64,000 bases of DNA from Squalus acanthias. Its lineage: Eukaryota. Positions 1-14,081 of this stretch are shown in pieces (the first letter of the stretch is position 1; the number at the start of each line of letters is the position of its first letter). The notes under the pieces are model-generated. The model did not search any database. It was not told where the DNA came from and saw nothing but the letters and a program-made list of their open reading frames with translations. The translations under genes were made by a program, and so were the position numbers. The DNA lies in assembly GCA_030390025.1 (NCBI GenBank), contig CM059431.1, forward strand, positions 138,882,001 through 138,946,000, in the 5' to 3' direction.

Positions 1-3000
1 CCTGAAACAGTGTGTGATTGCATTCACACCTGGCAGGGTCCTGGTACACTGTGAAATCGCATACACCCTTGAAGTGACCCTGATACTCCAAGAAACCCCA
101 TAAAAAGCGGATAAGATCCTGATACACTGTGAAACCCCATCCACACCTGGCAGGATCCTAATAAACCTTGAAAGCCAATATACACCTAGCAGGATTCTGA
201 TGCGCTGTGAAACCCCATACACACCTGTCAGCAAATTGAAAAACACTGTAAATCCTCATACTGGCCTGACAGGTTCCTGTTTCATGGTGAAACTTCTTAT
301 GCACCTGGCAGGATTCTCATACACCGAGAAACCCCATACAAACCTGACAGGATCCTGATAGCCTATGAGCGCCCATACACACCTGGAAGGATCCAGATAC
401 ATTATGAAACCCTATACACACCTGGCAGAATCCTGATACACTGTGAAACGCCATAGAAACCTGGCAGGGTCCTGATACACTGTGAAACCCCATACTCACT
501 TAGCAGGATCCTGATACACTCTGAAACTCCATCCACACCCGACAGGATCCTTATAAATTTTGAAATCCCATGCACACCTGGCAGAATCATGATGCACTGT
601 GCAACCCCATACACACCTGTCAGGACCTTGAAACACTGTGAATCCTCATACATGCCTGACAGGTTCCTGTTTCATGGTGAAACCACAGACACACCTCGCA
701 GGATCCTGATACATTGTGAGACCCCATTCAAACTTGGCAGTTTCCTGATACACTATCAAACCGCATAAAAACCGGGGAGGATCCTGATACACGGGATGAC
801 CTCAATCACACCTGGCAGGATCCTGATACACTGTGAAAAATCATATACAACTGGAAGGATCCAGATGCACTGTGAAACCCCATACACAGCTGGCAGAATG
901 CTGTTACACCGTGACACCCCATACACATCTGGAAGGATCCAAATGCACTGTGAAACCGCATAAACACCATGGAAGGACTCTGCTAAACTGTTAAAAACAG
1001 CATACACACCTGGCGGGATTCTGATACACAGTGAAACCGCATACACACCTGGCAGGATCCTGATATAATGTGAATCACCATACACACCTGGCAGGATCCT
1101 GATGCAGTGTGAAACCCATAAACACCTGGCAGGAACCTGAAACACCGTGAAATCCCATACACAGCTGGCAGGATCCTGATAAACTGTGAAACAACATACA
1201 CACCTGGCAGAATCCTGATAAACTGTGAAACAACATACACACCTAGCAGAATAAGGATACAATGGGAAACACCATACATAGCTGGCAGGATCCTGATATA
1301 CTGTGAAACACCATACACAGCTGGCAGAACCCTGATACCCTGTGAAACACCATACACACCTGGCAGGATCCTGATACACTTTGAAACCCCATACACACCT
1401 GTCAGGACCTTGAAACACTGTGAATCCTCATACATGCCTGACAGGTTCCTGTTTCATGGTGAAACCACAGACACACCTCGCAGGATCCTGATACATTGTG
1501 AGACCCCATTCAAACTTGGCAGTTTCCTGATACACTATCAAACCGCATAAAAACCGGGGAGGATCCTGATACACGGGATGACCGCAATCACACCTGGCAG
1601 GATCCTGATACACTGTGAAAAATCATATACAACTGGAAGGATCCAGATGCACTGTGAAACCCCATACACACCTGGCAGAATGCTGTTACACCGTGACACC
1701 CCATACACATCTGGAAGGATCCAAATGCACTGTGAAACCGCATAAACACCATGGAAGGACTCTGCTAAACTGTTAAAAACAGCATACACACCTGGCGGGA
1801 TTCTGATACACAGTGAAACCGCATACACACCTGGCAGGATCCTGATATAATGTGAATCACCATACACACCTGGCAGGATCCTGATGCAGTGTGAAACCCA
1901 TAAACACCTGGCAGGAACCTGAAACACCGTGAAATCCCATACACAGCTGGCAGGATCCTGATAAACTGTGAAACAACATACACACCTGGCAGAATCCTGA
2001 TAACTGTGAAACAACATACACACCTAGCAGAATAAGGATACACTGGGAAACACCATAAACACCTGGCAGGATCCTGATACACTGTGAAACACCATACACA
2101 GCTGGCAGAACCCTGATACCCTGTGAAACACCATACACACCTGGCAGGATCCTGATACACTTTGAAACCCCATACACACCTGGCAGGATCCTGATATACT
2201 GTGAAACACCATACACAGCTGGCAAAATCCGGATACTCTGAAAAACACCATACACAGCTGGCAGGATCCTGATACAGTGTGAAACCCCATACACACCTGA
2301 CAGGATTCTGATACAGTGTGAAACCCCATACACACCTGGCAGAATCCGGATACACCGTGAAACACCATAAACACCTGGCAGGATCCTGATACACTGTGAA
2401 ACACCATACACAGCTGCCAGAACCCTGATACCCTGTGAAATACCATACACACCTGGCAGGATCCTGATACACTTTGAAACCCCATACACACCTGGCAGGA
2501 TCCTGATACACTGTGAAACACCATACACAGCTGGCAAAATCCGGATACTCTGAAAAACACCATACACAGCTGGCAGGATCCTGATACAGTGTGAAACCCC
2601 ATACACACCTGACAGGATTCTGATACAGTGTGAAACCCCATACACACCTGGCAGAATCCGGATACACCGTGAAACACCATAAACACCTGGCAGAATCCGG
2701 AAACACTGTGAAACACCATACACACCTGGCAGAATCCGGATACACTGTGAAACACCATACACACCTGGCAGAATGCTTATACACTGTGAAACCCCATACA
2801 TACCTGGCAGAATCCTGATACACTGTGAAATGCCATACACACCTGGCAGAAACCTGCGACAATATGAAAAGCCATACAAACCTGGCAGGATCCTGATACA
2901 CTGTGCCACACCTTATGCACCTGGCAGAAACCTGATACAGTGTGAAACCCCAAAAACACCAGGCAGGATCCTGATGCACTGTGGATCCCCATACACATCT

Positions 3001-6000
3001 GCCAGGATCCTGATACAGTGTGAATCCCCATACACACCTGGCAGGATCCTGATACCCTGTGAAACCCCATACACACCTGGCAGGATTCTGATACACTGTG
3101 AAACCCCATACACACCTGGCAGGATCCTGATATACTGTGAATCCCCATACACACCTGGCAGAATCCGGATACACCGTGAAACACCAAAAACACCTGGCAG
3201 AATCCGGAAACACTGTGAAACACCATACACACCTGGCAGAATCCGGATACACTGTGAAACACCATACACACCTGGCAGAATGCTTATACACTGTGAAACC
3301 CCATACATACCTGGCAGAATCCTGATACACTGTGAAACACCATAAACACCTGGCAGAATCCGGATACACTCTGAATAACCATACACACCTGGCAGGATCC
3401 TGAAACAGTATGTGACCCTATTCACACCTGGCAGGATCCTGATACACTGTGAAATCTCATACACCCTTGAAGGGACCCTGATACACAGAGAAACCCCATA
3501 AAAACCGGATAAGATCCTGATACAATGTGAAACCCAATCCACACCTGGCAGGATCCTAAAAAACCTTGAAAGCCCAGATACCCCGAGCAGGATTCTGATG
3601 CGCTGTGAAATCCCATACACACCTGTCATGACCTTGAAACACTGTAAATCCTCATACTGACTTGACAGATTCCTGTTTCATCGTGAAAGCTCTTATACAC
3701 CTGGCAGGATTGTCTTACACTGTGAAACCCCATACACAGCTGGCAGTATTCTGATAAATTGTGAACTGCCATAAATTCCTGGCAGGATCCTGATACACTG
3801 TGAAATGCCATACACACCTGGCAGAAACCTGCGACAATATGAAAAGCCATACAAACCTGGCAGGATCCTGATACACTGTGCCACACCTTATGCACCTGGC
3901 AGAATCCTGATACACTGTGAAACCCCAAAAACACCAGGCAGGATCCTGATGCACTGTGGATCCCCATACACATCTGGCAGGATCCTGATACAGTGTGAAT
4001 CCCCATACACACCTGGCAGGCTCCTGATACAGTGTGAAATACCATACACACCTGGCAGGATCCTGATACACTGTGAAACATCATGCACACATGGCAGGAT
4101 CCCGATACACTGTGAGACGCATTGCACACCAGGCAGGCTCCTGATACACTGAAACACCATACACACCTAGCAGCATCCTGATACACTGTGAAACCTCATA
4201 CACGCTTGAAGGGATCCAGATACACCGAGAAACCACATACAAACCTGACAGGATCCTGATAGACTATGAGCGCCCATACACACCTGGTAGGATCCAGATA
4301 CACTATGAAACCCTATACACACCTGGCAGAATCCTGATACACTGTGAAACACCATACACACCTGGCAGAATCAGGTTACACTGTGAAACAACATACACAC
4401 CTGGCAGAATCCGGTAACACTGTGAAACACCATAAACACCTGGCAGAATCCGGATACACTGTGAAAAACCATGCGCACCTGGCAGGATCCTGACACACTT
4501 TGAAACCCCATACATACCTGGCAGAATCCGGTAACACTGTGAAACACCATAAACACCTGGCAGAATCCGGATACACTGTGAAACACCATGCACACCTGGC
4601 AGGATCCTGAAACAGTGTGTGATTGCATTCACACCTGGCAGGGTCCTGGTACACTGTGAAATCGCATACACCCTTGAAGGGACCCTGATACTCCAAGAAA
4701 CCCCATAAAAAGCGGATAAGATCCTGATACACTGTGAAACCCCATCCACACCTGGCCGGATCCTAATAAACCTTGAAAGCCAATATACACCTAGCAGGAT
4801 TCTGATGCGCTGTGAAACCCCATACACACCTGTCAGCAAATTGAAAAACACTGTAAATCCTCATACTGGCCTGACAGGTTCCTGTTTCATGGTGAAACCT
4901 CTTATGCACCTGGCAGGATTCTCATACACCGAGAAACCCCATACAAACCTGACAGGTTCCTGATAGCCTATGAGCGCCAATACACACCTGGAAGGATCCA
5001 GATACATTATGAAACCCTATACACACCTGGCAGAATCCTGATACACTGTGAAACGCCATAGAAACCTGGCAGGGTCCTGATACACTGTGAAACCCCATAC
5101 TCACTTAGCAGGATCCTGATACACTCTGAAACTCCATCCACACCCGACAGGATCCTTATAAATTTTGAAATCCCATGCACACCTGGCAGAATCATGATGC
5201 ACTGTGCAACCCCATACACACCTGTCAGGACCTTGAAACACTGTGAATCCTCATACATGCCTGACAGGTTCCTGTTTCATGGTGAAACCACAGACACACC
5301 TCGCAGGATCCTGATACATTGTGAGACCCCATTCAAACTTGGCAGTTTCCTGATACACTATCAAACCGCATAAAAACCGGGGAGGATCCTGATACACGGG
5401 ATGACCGCAATCACACCTGGCAGGATCCTGATACACTGTGAAAGATCATATACAACTGGAAGGATCCAGATGCACTGTGAAACCCCATACACACCTGGCA
5501 GAATGCTGTTACACCGTGACACCCCATACACATCTGGAAGGATCCAAATGCACTGTGAAACCGCATAAACACCATGGAAGGACTCTGCTAAACTGTTAAA
5601 AACAGCATACACACCTGGCGGGATTCTGATACACAGTGAAACCGCATACACACCTGGCAGGATCCTGATATAATGTGAATCACCATACACACCTGGCAGG
5701 ATCCTGATGCAGTGTGAAACCCATAAACACCTGGCAGGAACCTGAAACACCGTGAAATCCCATACACAGCTGGCAGGATCCTGATAAACTGTGAAACAAC
5801 ATACACACCTGGCAGAATCCTGATAAACTGTGAAACAACATACACACCTAGCAGAATAAGGATACACTGGGAAACACCATAAACACCTGGCAGGATCCTG
5901 ATACACTGTGAAACACCATACACAGCTGGCAGAACCCTGATACCCTGTGAAACACCATACACACCTGGCAGGATCCTGATACACTTTGAAACCCCATACA

Positions 6001-9000
6001 CACCTGGCAGGATCCTGATACACTGTGAAACACCATACACAGCTGGCAAAATCCGGATACTCTGAAAAACACCATACACACCTGGCAGGATCCTGATACA
6101 GTGTGAAACCCCATACACACCTGACAGGATTCTGATACAGTGTGAAACCCCATACACACCTGGCAGAATCCGGATACACCGTGAAACACCATAAACACCT
6201 GGCAGGATCCTGATACACTGTGAAACACCATACACAGCTGGCAGAACCCTGATACCCTGTGAAATACCATACACACCTGGCAGGATCCTGATACACTTTG
6301 AAACCCCATACACACCTGGCAGGATCCTGATACACTGTGAAACACCATACACAGCTGGCAAAATCCGGATACTCTGAAAAACACCATACACAGCTGGCAG
6401 GATCCTGATACAGTGTGAAACCCCATACACACCTGACAGGATTCTGATACAGTGTGAAACCCCATACACACCTGGCAGAATCCGGATACACTGTGAAACA
6501 ACATAAACACCTGGCAGAATCCGGAAACACTGTGAAACACCATACACACCTGGCAGAATCCGGATACACTGTGAAACACCATACACACCTGGCAGAATGC
6601 TGATACACTGTGAAACCCCATACATACCTGGCACAATCCTGATACACTGTGAAACACCATAAACACCTGGCAGAATCCGGATACACTCTGAATAACCATA
6701 CACACCTGGCAGGATCCTGAAACAGTATGTGACCCCATTCACACCTGGCAGGATCCTGATACACTGTGAAATCTCATACACCCTTGAAGGGACCCTGATA
6801 CACAGAGAAACCCCATAAAAACCGGATAAGATCCTGATACAATGTGAAACCCAATCCACACCTGGCAGGATCCTAAAAAACCTTGAAAGCCCATATATAC
6901 CGAGCAGGATTCTGATGCGCTGTGAAATCCCATACACACCTGTCATGACCTTGAAACACTGTAAATCCTCATACTGACTTGACAGGTTCCTGTTTCATCG
7001 TGAAAGCTCTTATACACCTGGCAGAATTGTCTTACACTGTGAAAGCCCATACACAGCTGGCAGTATTCCGATAAATTGTGAACTGCCATAAATTCCTGGC
7101 AGGATCCTGATACACTGTGAAATGCCATACACACCTGGCAGAAACCTGCGACAATATGAAAAGCCATACAAACCTGGCAGGATCCTGATACACTGTGCCA
7201 CACCTTATGCACCTGGCAGAATCCTGATACACTGTGAAACCCCAAAAACACCAGGCAGGATCCTGATGCACTGTGGATCCCCATACACACCTGGCAGGAT
7301 TCTGATACACTGTGAAACCCCATACACACCTGGCAGGATCCTGATATACTGTGAATCCCCATACACACCTGGCAGGATCCTGATACACTGTGAATCCCCA
7401 TACACACCTGGCAGGCTCCTGATACACTGTGAAACACCATACACACCTGGCAGGATCCTGATTCACTGTGGCACACCTTATGTTCTGGCAGAATCCTGAT
7501 ACACTGTGAAACCCCAAACACACCAGGCAGGATCCTGATACACTGTGAATCCCAATACACATCTGGCAGGATCCTGATACAGTGTGAATCCCCATAAACA
7601 CCTGGCAGCATCCTGATAAACAGTGAAACCCCATACACTCCTGGCAGGATCCTGATACACTGTGAAACCCCATACCCTCCTGGCAGGATCCTGATACACT
7701 GTGAATCCCCATACACACCTGGCAGGATCCTGATACACTGTGAAACATCATGCACACATGGCAGGATCCCGCTACACTGTGAGACGCATTGCACACCAGG
7801 CAGGCTCCTGATACACTGTGAAACACCATACACACCTAGCAGCATCCTGATACACTGTGAAACCTCATACACGCTTGAAGGGATCCAGATACACCGAGAA
7901 ACCCCATACAAACCTGACAGGATCCTGATAGACTATGAGCGCCCATACACACCTGGTAGGATCCAGATACACTATGAAACCCTATACACAGCTGGCAGAA
8001 TCCTGATACACTGTGAAACACCATACACACCTGGCAGGATCCTGATACAGTGTGAAACCCCATACACACCTGACAGGATTCTGATACAGTGTGAAACCCC
8101 ATACACACCTGGCAGAATCCGGATACACCGTGAAACACCATAAACACCTGGCAGGATCCTGATACACTGTGAAACACCATACACAGCTGGCAGAAACCTG
8201 ATACCCTGTGAAATACCATACACACCTGGCAGGAACCTGATACACTTTGAAACCCCATACACACCTGGCAGGATCCTAATACACTGTGAAACACCATACA
8301 CAGCTGGCAAAATCCGGATACTCTGAAAAACACCATACACAGCTGGCAGGATCCTGATACAGTGTGAAACCCCATACACACCTGACAGGATTCTGATACA
8401 GTGTGAAACCCCATACACACCTGGCAGAATCCGGATACACCGTGAAACACCATAAACACCTGGCAGAATCCGGAAACACTGTGAAACACCATACACACCT
8501 GGCAGAATCTGGATACACTGTGAAACACCATACACACCTGGCAGAATGCTGATACACTGTGAAACCCCATACATACCTGGCACAATCCTGATACACTGTG
8601 AAACACCATAAACACCTGGCAGAATCCGGATACACTCTGAATAACCATACACACCTGGCAGGATCCTGAAACAGTATGTGACCCCATTCACACCTGGCAG
8701 GATCCTGATACACTGTGAAATCTCATACACCCTTGAAGGGACCCTGATACACAGAGAAACCCCATAAAAACCGGATAAGATCCTGATACAATGTGAAACC
8801 CAATCCACACCTGGCAGGATCCTAAAAAACCTTGAAAGCCCAGATACACCGAGCAGGATTCTGATGCGCTGTGAAATCCCATACACACCTGTCATGACCT
8901 TGAAACACTGTAAATCCTCATACTGACTTGACAGGTTCCTGTTTCACGTGAAAGCTCTTATACACCTGGCAGGATTGTCTTACACTGTGAAACCCCATAC

Positions 9001-11648
9001 ACAGCTGGCAGTATTCTGATAAATTGTGAACTGCCATAAATTCCAGGCAGGATCCTGATACACTGTGAAATGCCATACACACCTGGCAGAAACCTGCGAC
9101 AATATGAAAAGCCATACAAACCTGGCAGGATCCTGATACACTGTGCCACACCTTATGCACCTGGCAGAATCCTGATACACTGTGAAACCCCAAAAACACC
9201 AGGCAGGATCCTGATGCACTGTGGATCCCCATACACATCTGGCAGGATCCTGATACAGTGTGAATCCCCATACACACCTGGCAGGCTCCTGATACCCTGT
9301 GAAACCCCATACACACCTGGCAGGATTCTGATACACTGTGAAACCCCATACACACCTGGCAGGATCCTGATATACTGTGAATCCCCATACACACCTGGCA
9401 GGATCCTGATACACTGTGAATCCCCATACACACCTGGCAGGCTCCTGATACACTGTGAAACACCATACACACCTGGCAGGATCCTGATACACTGTGGCAC
9501 ACCTTATGTTCTGGCAGAATCCTGATACACTGTGAAACCCCAAACACACCAGGCAGGATCCTGATACACTGTGAATCCCAATACACATCTGGCAGGATCC
9601 TGATACAGTGTGAATCCCCATAAACACCTGGCAGCATCCTGATAAACAGTGAAACCCCATACACTCCTGGCAGGATCCTGATACACTGTGAAACCCCATA
9701 CCCTCCTGGCAGGATCCTGATACACTGTGAATCCCCATACACACCTGGCAGGATCCTGATACACTGTGAATCCCCATACACACCTGGCAGGCTCCTGATA
9801 CACTGTGAAACACCATACACACCTGGCAGGATCCTGATACACTGTGAAACATCATGCACACATGGCAGGATCCCGATACACTGTGAATCCCGATACACAC
9901 CTGGCAGGCTCCTGATACACTGTGAAACACCATACACACGTGGCAGGATCCTGTTACACTGTGAAACCTCATACACCCTTGAAGGGAATCTGATACACCG
10001 AAAGACCCCATACAAACCTGACAGAATCCTGATAGACTATGAACGCCCATAGACACCTGGTAGGATCCAGATACACTCAGAAACCCTATACACACCTGGC
10101 AGGATCCTGCTACACTGTGAATCCCAATACACATCTGGAAGGACCCAGATGCACTGAAACACCATACACATCTGGCAGGACCTTGATAAAGTGTGAAACC
10201 CCATACACTCCATGGCAGGACCATGATACACTGTGAAATCCCATACACACCTGGCAGGATTCTGATACACTGTGAAACCCCATACACACCTGGAAGGACG
10301 CAGATGCACTGAAACACCATACACATCTGGCAGGACCTTGATAAAGTGTGAAACCCCATACACTCCATGGCAGGACCATGATACACTGTGAAATCCCATA
10401 CACACCTGGCAGGATTCTGATACACTGTGAAACCCCATACACATCTGGCAGGATCTTGATACATTGAGATGCCCATACACACCAGAAAGGACACAGATAT
10501 ACTTTGAAACCCCATACACACCATGTTTTAGCCCAGATACACTGGGAAATCCCGTACACATCAGGCAGGAACTTTATAGTGTGAAAACGTTTGCACAACT
10601 GGCTGTATCCTGAATATAATTTGAATCGCCATAGACACCTGGCAGGACCCTGATTCAGTGTGAAACCCATAAAAACCTGGCAGGAACCTGATACAGTGGG
10701 AAACCCCATACACAAAAGGAAGGATCCAGATAAACGGTGAAAGGCCATACACACCATGGCAGTACGCTGATACACTGTGAAACGCCATGCACACCTGGCA
10801 GGATCCTGATACACTGTGAAACCGCATAGATATCCGGCAGTATCCTGATACACTGTGAATCCCCATACAAACCTGACAGGATCTGCTTCTGTGCGAAACC
10901 CATAAACACCTGGCAGGATCCTGATAAACAGTGAAACCCCATACACATCTGGACGGATCCGGATACACCGTAAAATCGCTTACACAGCTGGCAGGATCCT
11001 CATGCATTGTGAAACCCCATACACACCTGGAAGGATCGTGATACACTGTGAAACCCCATACACACCTGGCAGGATCCCGATACACTGTAAAATCCCATAC
11101 ACACCTGGAAGGATCCTGAAACACTGTGAAACCACATGCACACCTGGCAGGATGCTGATACAATGTGAAAACCCATACACACCTGGCATGTTCCAGAAAA
11201 ACTGAAACCCCATATAAACCTGGCAGGATCCTGATATGCGGTGAGACCCCATTGACATCTGGCAGTATCCTGATAAACTGTGAAACCCCTTCCACATCTG
11301 GCAGGACCATGATACACTTTGAAACCCCATACACACCAGGCAGCATCCTGATACACTGTGAAACCCCATAAACACCTGGCAATATCCCGATACACCGGGA
11401 ATCCCCTTACACACCTGGCAGGATCCTGATTAAATGAAACACACTACACACCTGGCGGGAATCTGATACAATGTGAATCCCCATACACACCTGGAAGGAG
11501 CCAGATTCATTATGAATCGCATAAACACCTGACAGGAACCTGATACACTCTGAAACCCCATATACACCTGGCAGGATCCAGAAAAACTGTGAAACTGGAA
11601 GGATCCAGATACACTGTGATGCCACATACACTCCATGGCAGTATCCTG
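1..11648. repeat. 39-bp tandem minisatellite/satellite, array 1, with higher-order block duplications
   Basis: Consensus CTGGCAGGATCCTGATACACTGTGAAACCCCATACACAC (39 nt, internal palindrome CAGGATCCTG) repeats throughout. 13-aa periodic translations (RILPGVYGVSQCI) confirm the period. Variant blocks recur at offsets 782, 4605, 3317 and 1949. Confidence 0.97.
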
Positions 11649-11944
11649 GCGGTTTAAACAGAGAGCTGCGAGTTGGGAATTGTTTCTTACTTTACACCAA
11701 GGAAAGAGTCCGAGAGCAGGAGCAGTCAAACAACAAAAACTGCGAAACCGCGAAAGTGACATCCCCACCAGGGAAGGAGCTGATTGGTAAATAGGACATG
11801 GTGAGTATTTCTACAGTCCAGCCGTTGAAGTAAAAGTAAGGTCTCTAGTTTAGAATAAGTAGTGTTTAAAGGGAAGTAAGGTCCCTAGTGTATTTAATAT
11901 TCTTTAATGTAAAGGGAGTAAAGGGAGTAAATTAAGGGTAGGAC

Positions 11945-12919
11945 ATGGCAGGGCAGCTCGGCACCGTGGAATGCTCCATCTGTGCTATGTGCGAAGTCAG
12001 GGACACTTTCGGTGTCCAGGGCGAACACGTGTGCGGGAAGTGTCTCCAGCTGCAGCTACTCGAAATCCGCGTTTCGGAGCTGTAGCTGCGGCTGGAGTCA
12101 CTGTGGAGCATCCGCGAAGCTGAGATCTTCATGGATAGCACGTTTAACGAGGTGGTCACAACGCAGGTAAAGAGTGCACAGGCAGACAGGAAATGGGTGA
12201 ACGCCAGATAGAGTAAAAGAACTAGGAAGGTAGTGCAGGAGTCCCCTGGGTCAATCTCCCTCTCCAACAGATTTTCCGTTTTGGATACTGATGGGGGAGA
12301 TGGTTTCTCAGGGTAATGCAGCAAGAGCAAAGTCCGTGGCACTACGGGTGGTTCAGTTGCACAGGAGGGGAGGAAAAAGTGTGGGAGAGCAATAGTGACA
12401 GGGGATTCTATCGTAAGGGGAACAGATAGACGATTATGTGGCCGCAGACGTGACTCCAGTATGGTATGTTGCCTCCCTGGTGCCAGGGTCAACGTTGTCA
12501 CTGAACGACTGCAGGGCATTCTGAAGGGGCAGGGCGAACAATCAGAGGTCGTGGTTCACATTGGTACCAACGACATGGGTAGAAAGAGGGATGAGGTCCT
12601 GCAACAAGAATTTAGGGAGCTAGGTAGCAGATTAAAAAGCAGGACCTCAAAAGTTGTAATCTCTGGATTACTCCCGTTGCAGCATGCTAGTGAGTATAGG
12701 AATAGGAGGATAGAGCAGATGAATTCGTGGCTAAAGAGCTGGTGCAGAAGGGAGGGCTTTAGTTTCCTGGATCACTGGGTCTGCTTCTGGGGAAGGTGGG
12801 ACCTGTACAAGTCGGACGGGTTGCACCTGAACCGGAACGGGACCAACATCCTTGCGGGGAGGTTTGCTAGTGCTGTTGGGGGTGGTGGTGGGGTGGGGGG
12901 GGGGGGGGCGTTAAATTAA
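11945..12919 (+). pseudogene. CR1 ORF1 (CxxC-CxxC zinc finger/leucine zipper plus SGNH esterase) with premature stops
   Basis: ATG at 11945 reads MAGQLGTVECSICAMC..VCGKCLQLQLLE, in frame with the 12395 ORF (GDSIVRG, CLPGARV, HIGTND, DGLHLN). In-frame stops lie upstream of the esterase. Confidence 0.88.
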
Positions 12920-13044
12920 CTTGACAGGGGGATGGAATACGGAGTGGAGCTATAGTAGGGGGTGATGCACAGCCAATAATAGAGTAAAAAACAAGTCAGT
13001 CTGGAAGGAAGAGCAAATACGTAGCGGCACAAGCGACTATTGCA

Positions 13045-14081
13045 AGGCTGGATTTCATTTATTTTAATACCAGGAGTCTTGCGAGTAAGGGAGATGAATT
13101 GAAGATGTTGAGGAACACAGGGGAGTATGATATTGTTGCTAACACAGAGACATGATTGAGGGAGGGGCAGGACTGAAAGCTCAATATTCCGGAGTATAGA
13201 ATCTTCAGGCGAGACAGAGTGGGGTGTAAATGAGGAGAGGGTGCCGCAATATTAACCAAGGTGTCAATTACAGCTGTATGGAGGGATGATATCTTAGCAG
13301 GTTCCTCTAATAAGGCCATATGGGTAGAACTTAAAAACAAAAAGGGGGCAAGCACTTTGCTGGGAGTGTACTATAGGCCCCCAAACAGTCAGGGGGAGAT
13401 AGAGGAACAGATATGTAGGCAAATCTCAGAGAAGTGTAGAAATAATAGGGTAATAATAGTAGGGGATTTCAACTTCCCCAATTTTAACTGTGATAGTCAG
13501 AGTGTGAAAGGCTTACAGGGTGCGGAATTCTTAAAGTGCATCCAGGAGAGCTTTTTGAGCCAACTTGTAGAAAGTCCCACAAGAGAGGGGGCGGTACTGG
13601 ACCTAATTCTCGGGAATGTAGCCGGGCAAGTGGTAGAAGTGTTAGTAGGGGAGCATTTTCGTGACAGTGACCATAATTCGGTGAGATTTTAGGTAGTCAT
13701 GGAAAAGGACAACGATGGACCGGAAATAAAGGTTCTAAATTGGATTTACAAAAGTTAAATCGTGCTTGACTAATCTACTGGAATATTTTGAGGATGTAAC
13801 TGGGAAAATAGATAAGGGAGAACCAGTAGATGTGGTGTATTTGGACTTTCAAAAGGCTTTCGATAAGGTCCCGCATAAGAGATTAGCATGTAAAGTTAAG
13901 GCACATGGGATTGGGGGCAAGGTATTGACTTGGATTAGAACTGGTTGGCGGACAGAAAGCAAAGAGTAGTAATTAATGGGTCTTTTTCCGAGTGGCAAGC
14001 AGTGACTAGTGGGGTACCGCAGGGATCGGTCCTTGGACCCCAGCTATTCACAATATACATTAATGATCTAGATAAGGGAAC
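13045..14081 (+). pseudogene. CR1 ORF2 remnant (endonuclease fused directly to mid-RT)
   Basis: Motifs GVYYRPPN, VGDFN and SDHN, then at ~13742 GFTK..SCLTNLLEYFE, DFQKAFDKVPH and [10 protein letters not shown]. Multiple stops and frameshifts. Confidence 0.9.

Larger units (their letters stand above)
11649..14081 (+). mobile_element. CR1 LINE retaining 5'UTR and ORF1, internally deleted and 3'-truncated
   Basis: ORF1 (zinc finger/coiled coil plus SGNH esterase) is followed by APE endonuclease and partial RT. It ends abruptly at [11 protein letters not shown] where the satellite resumes. Confidence 0.92.

Noticed and set aside
317..11631. Dozens of long Cys-rich periodic ORFs (up to 534 aa) in the 39-bp array, and likewise in arrays 2 and 3
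   Set aside because: The unit is 13 codons and stop-poor, so several frames stay open. Indels switch frames freely, and there is no splice or domain evidence.
1..11648. Satellite-encoded hammerhead (CTGA...GAAAC in each 39-mer)
   Set aside because: The core is CUGAUAC rather than CUGANGA, and there is no stem II.
12395..12919. Stand-alone host SGNH/GDSL esterase gene
   Set aside because: It is the esterase domain of CR1 ORF1, in frame with a stop-interrupted zinc finger and followed by ORF2.
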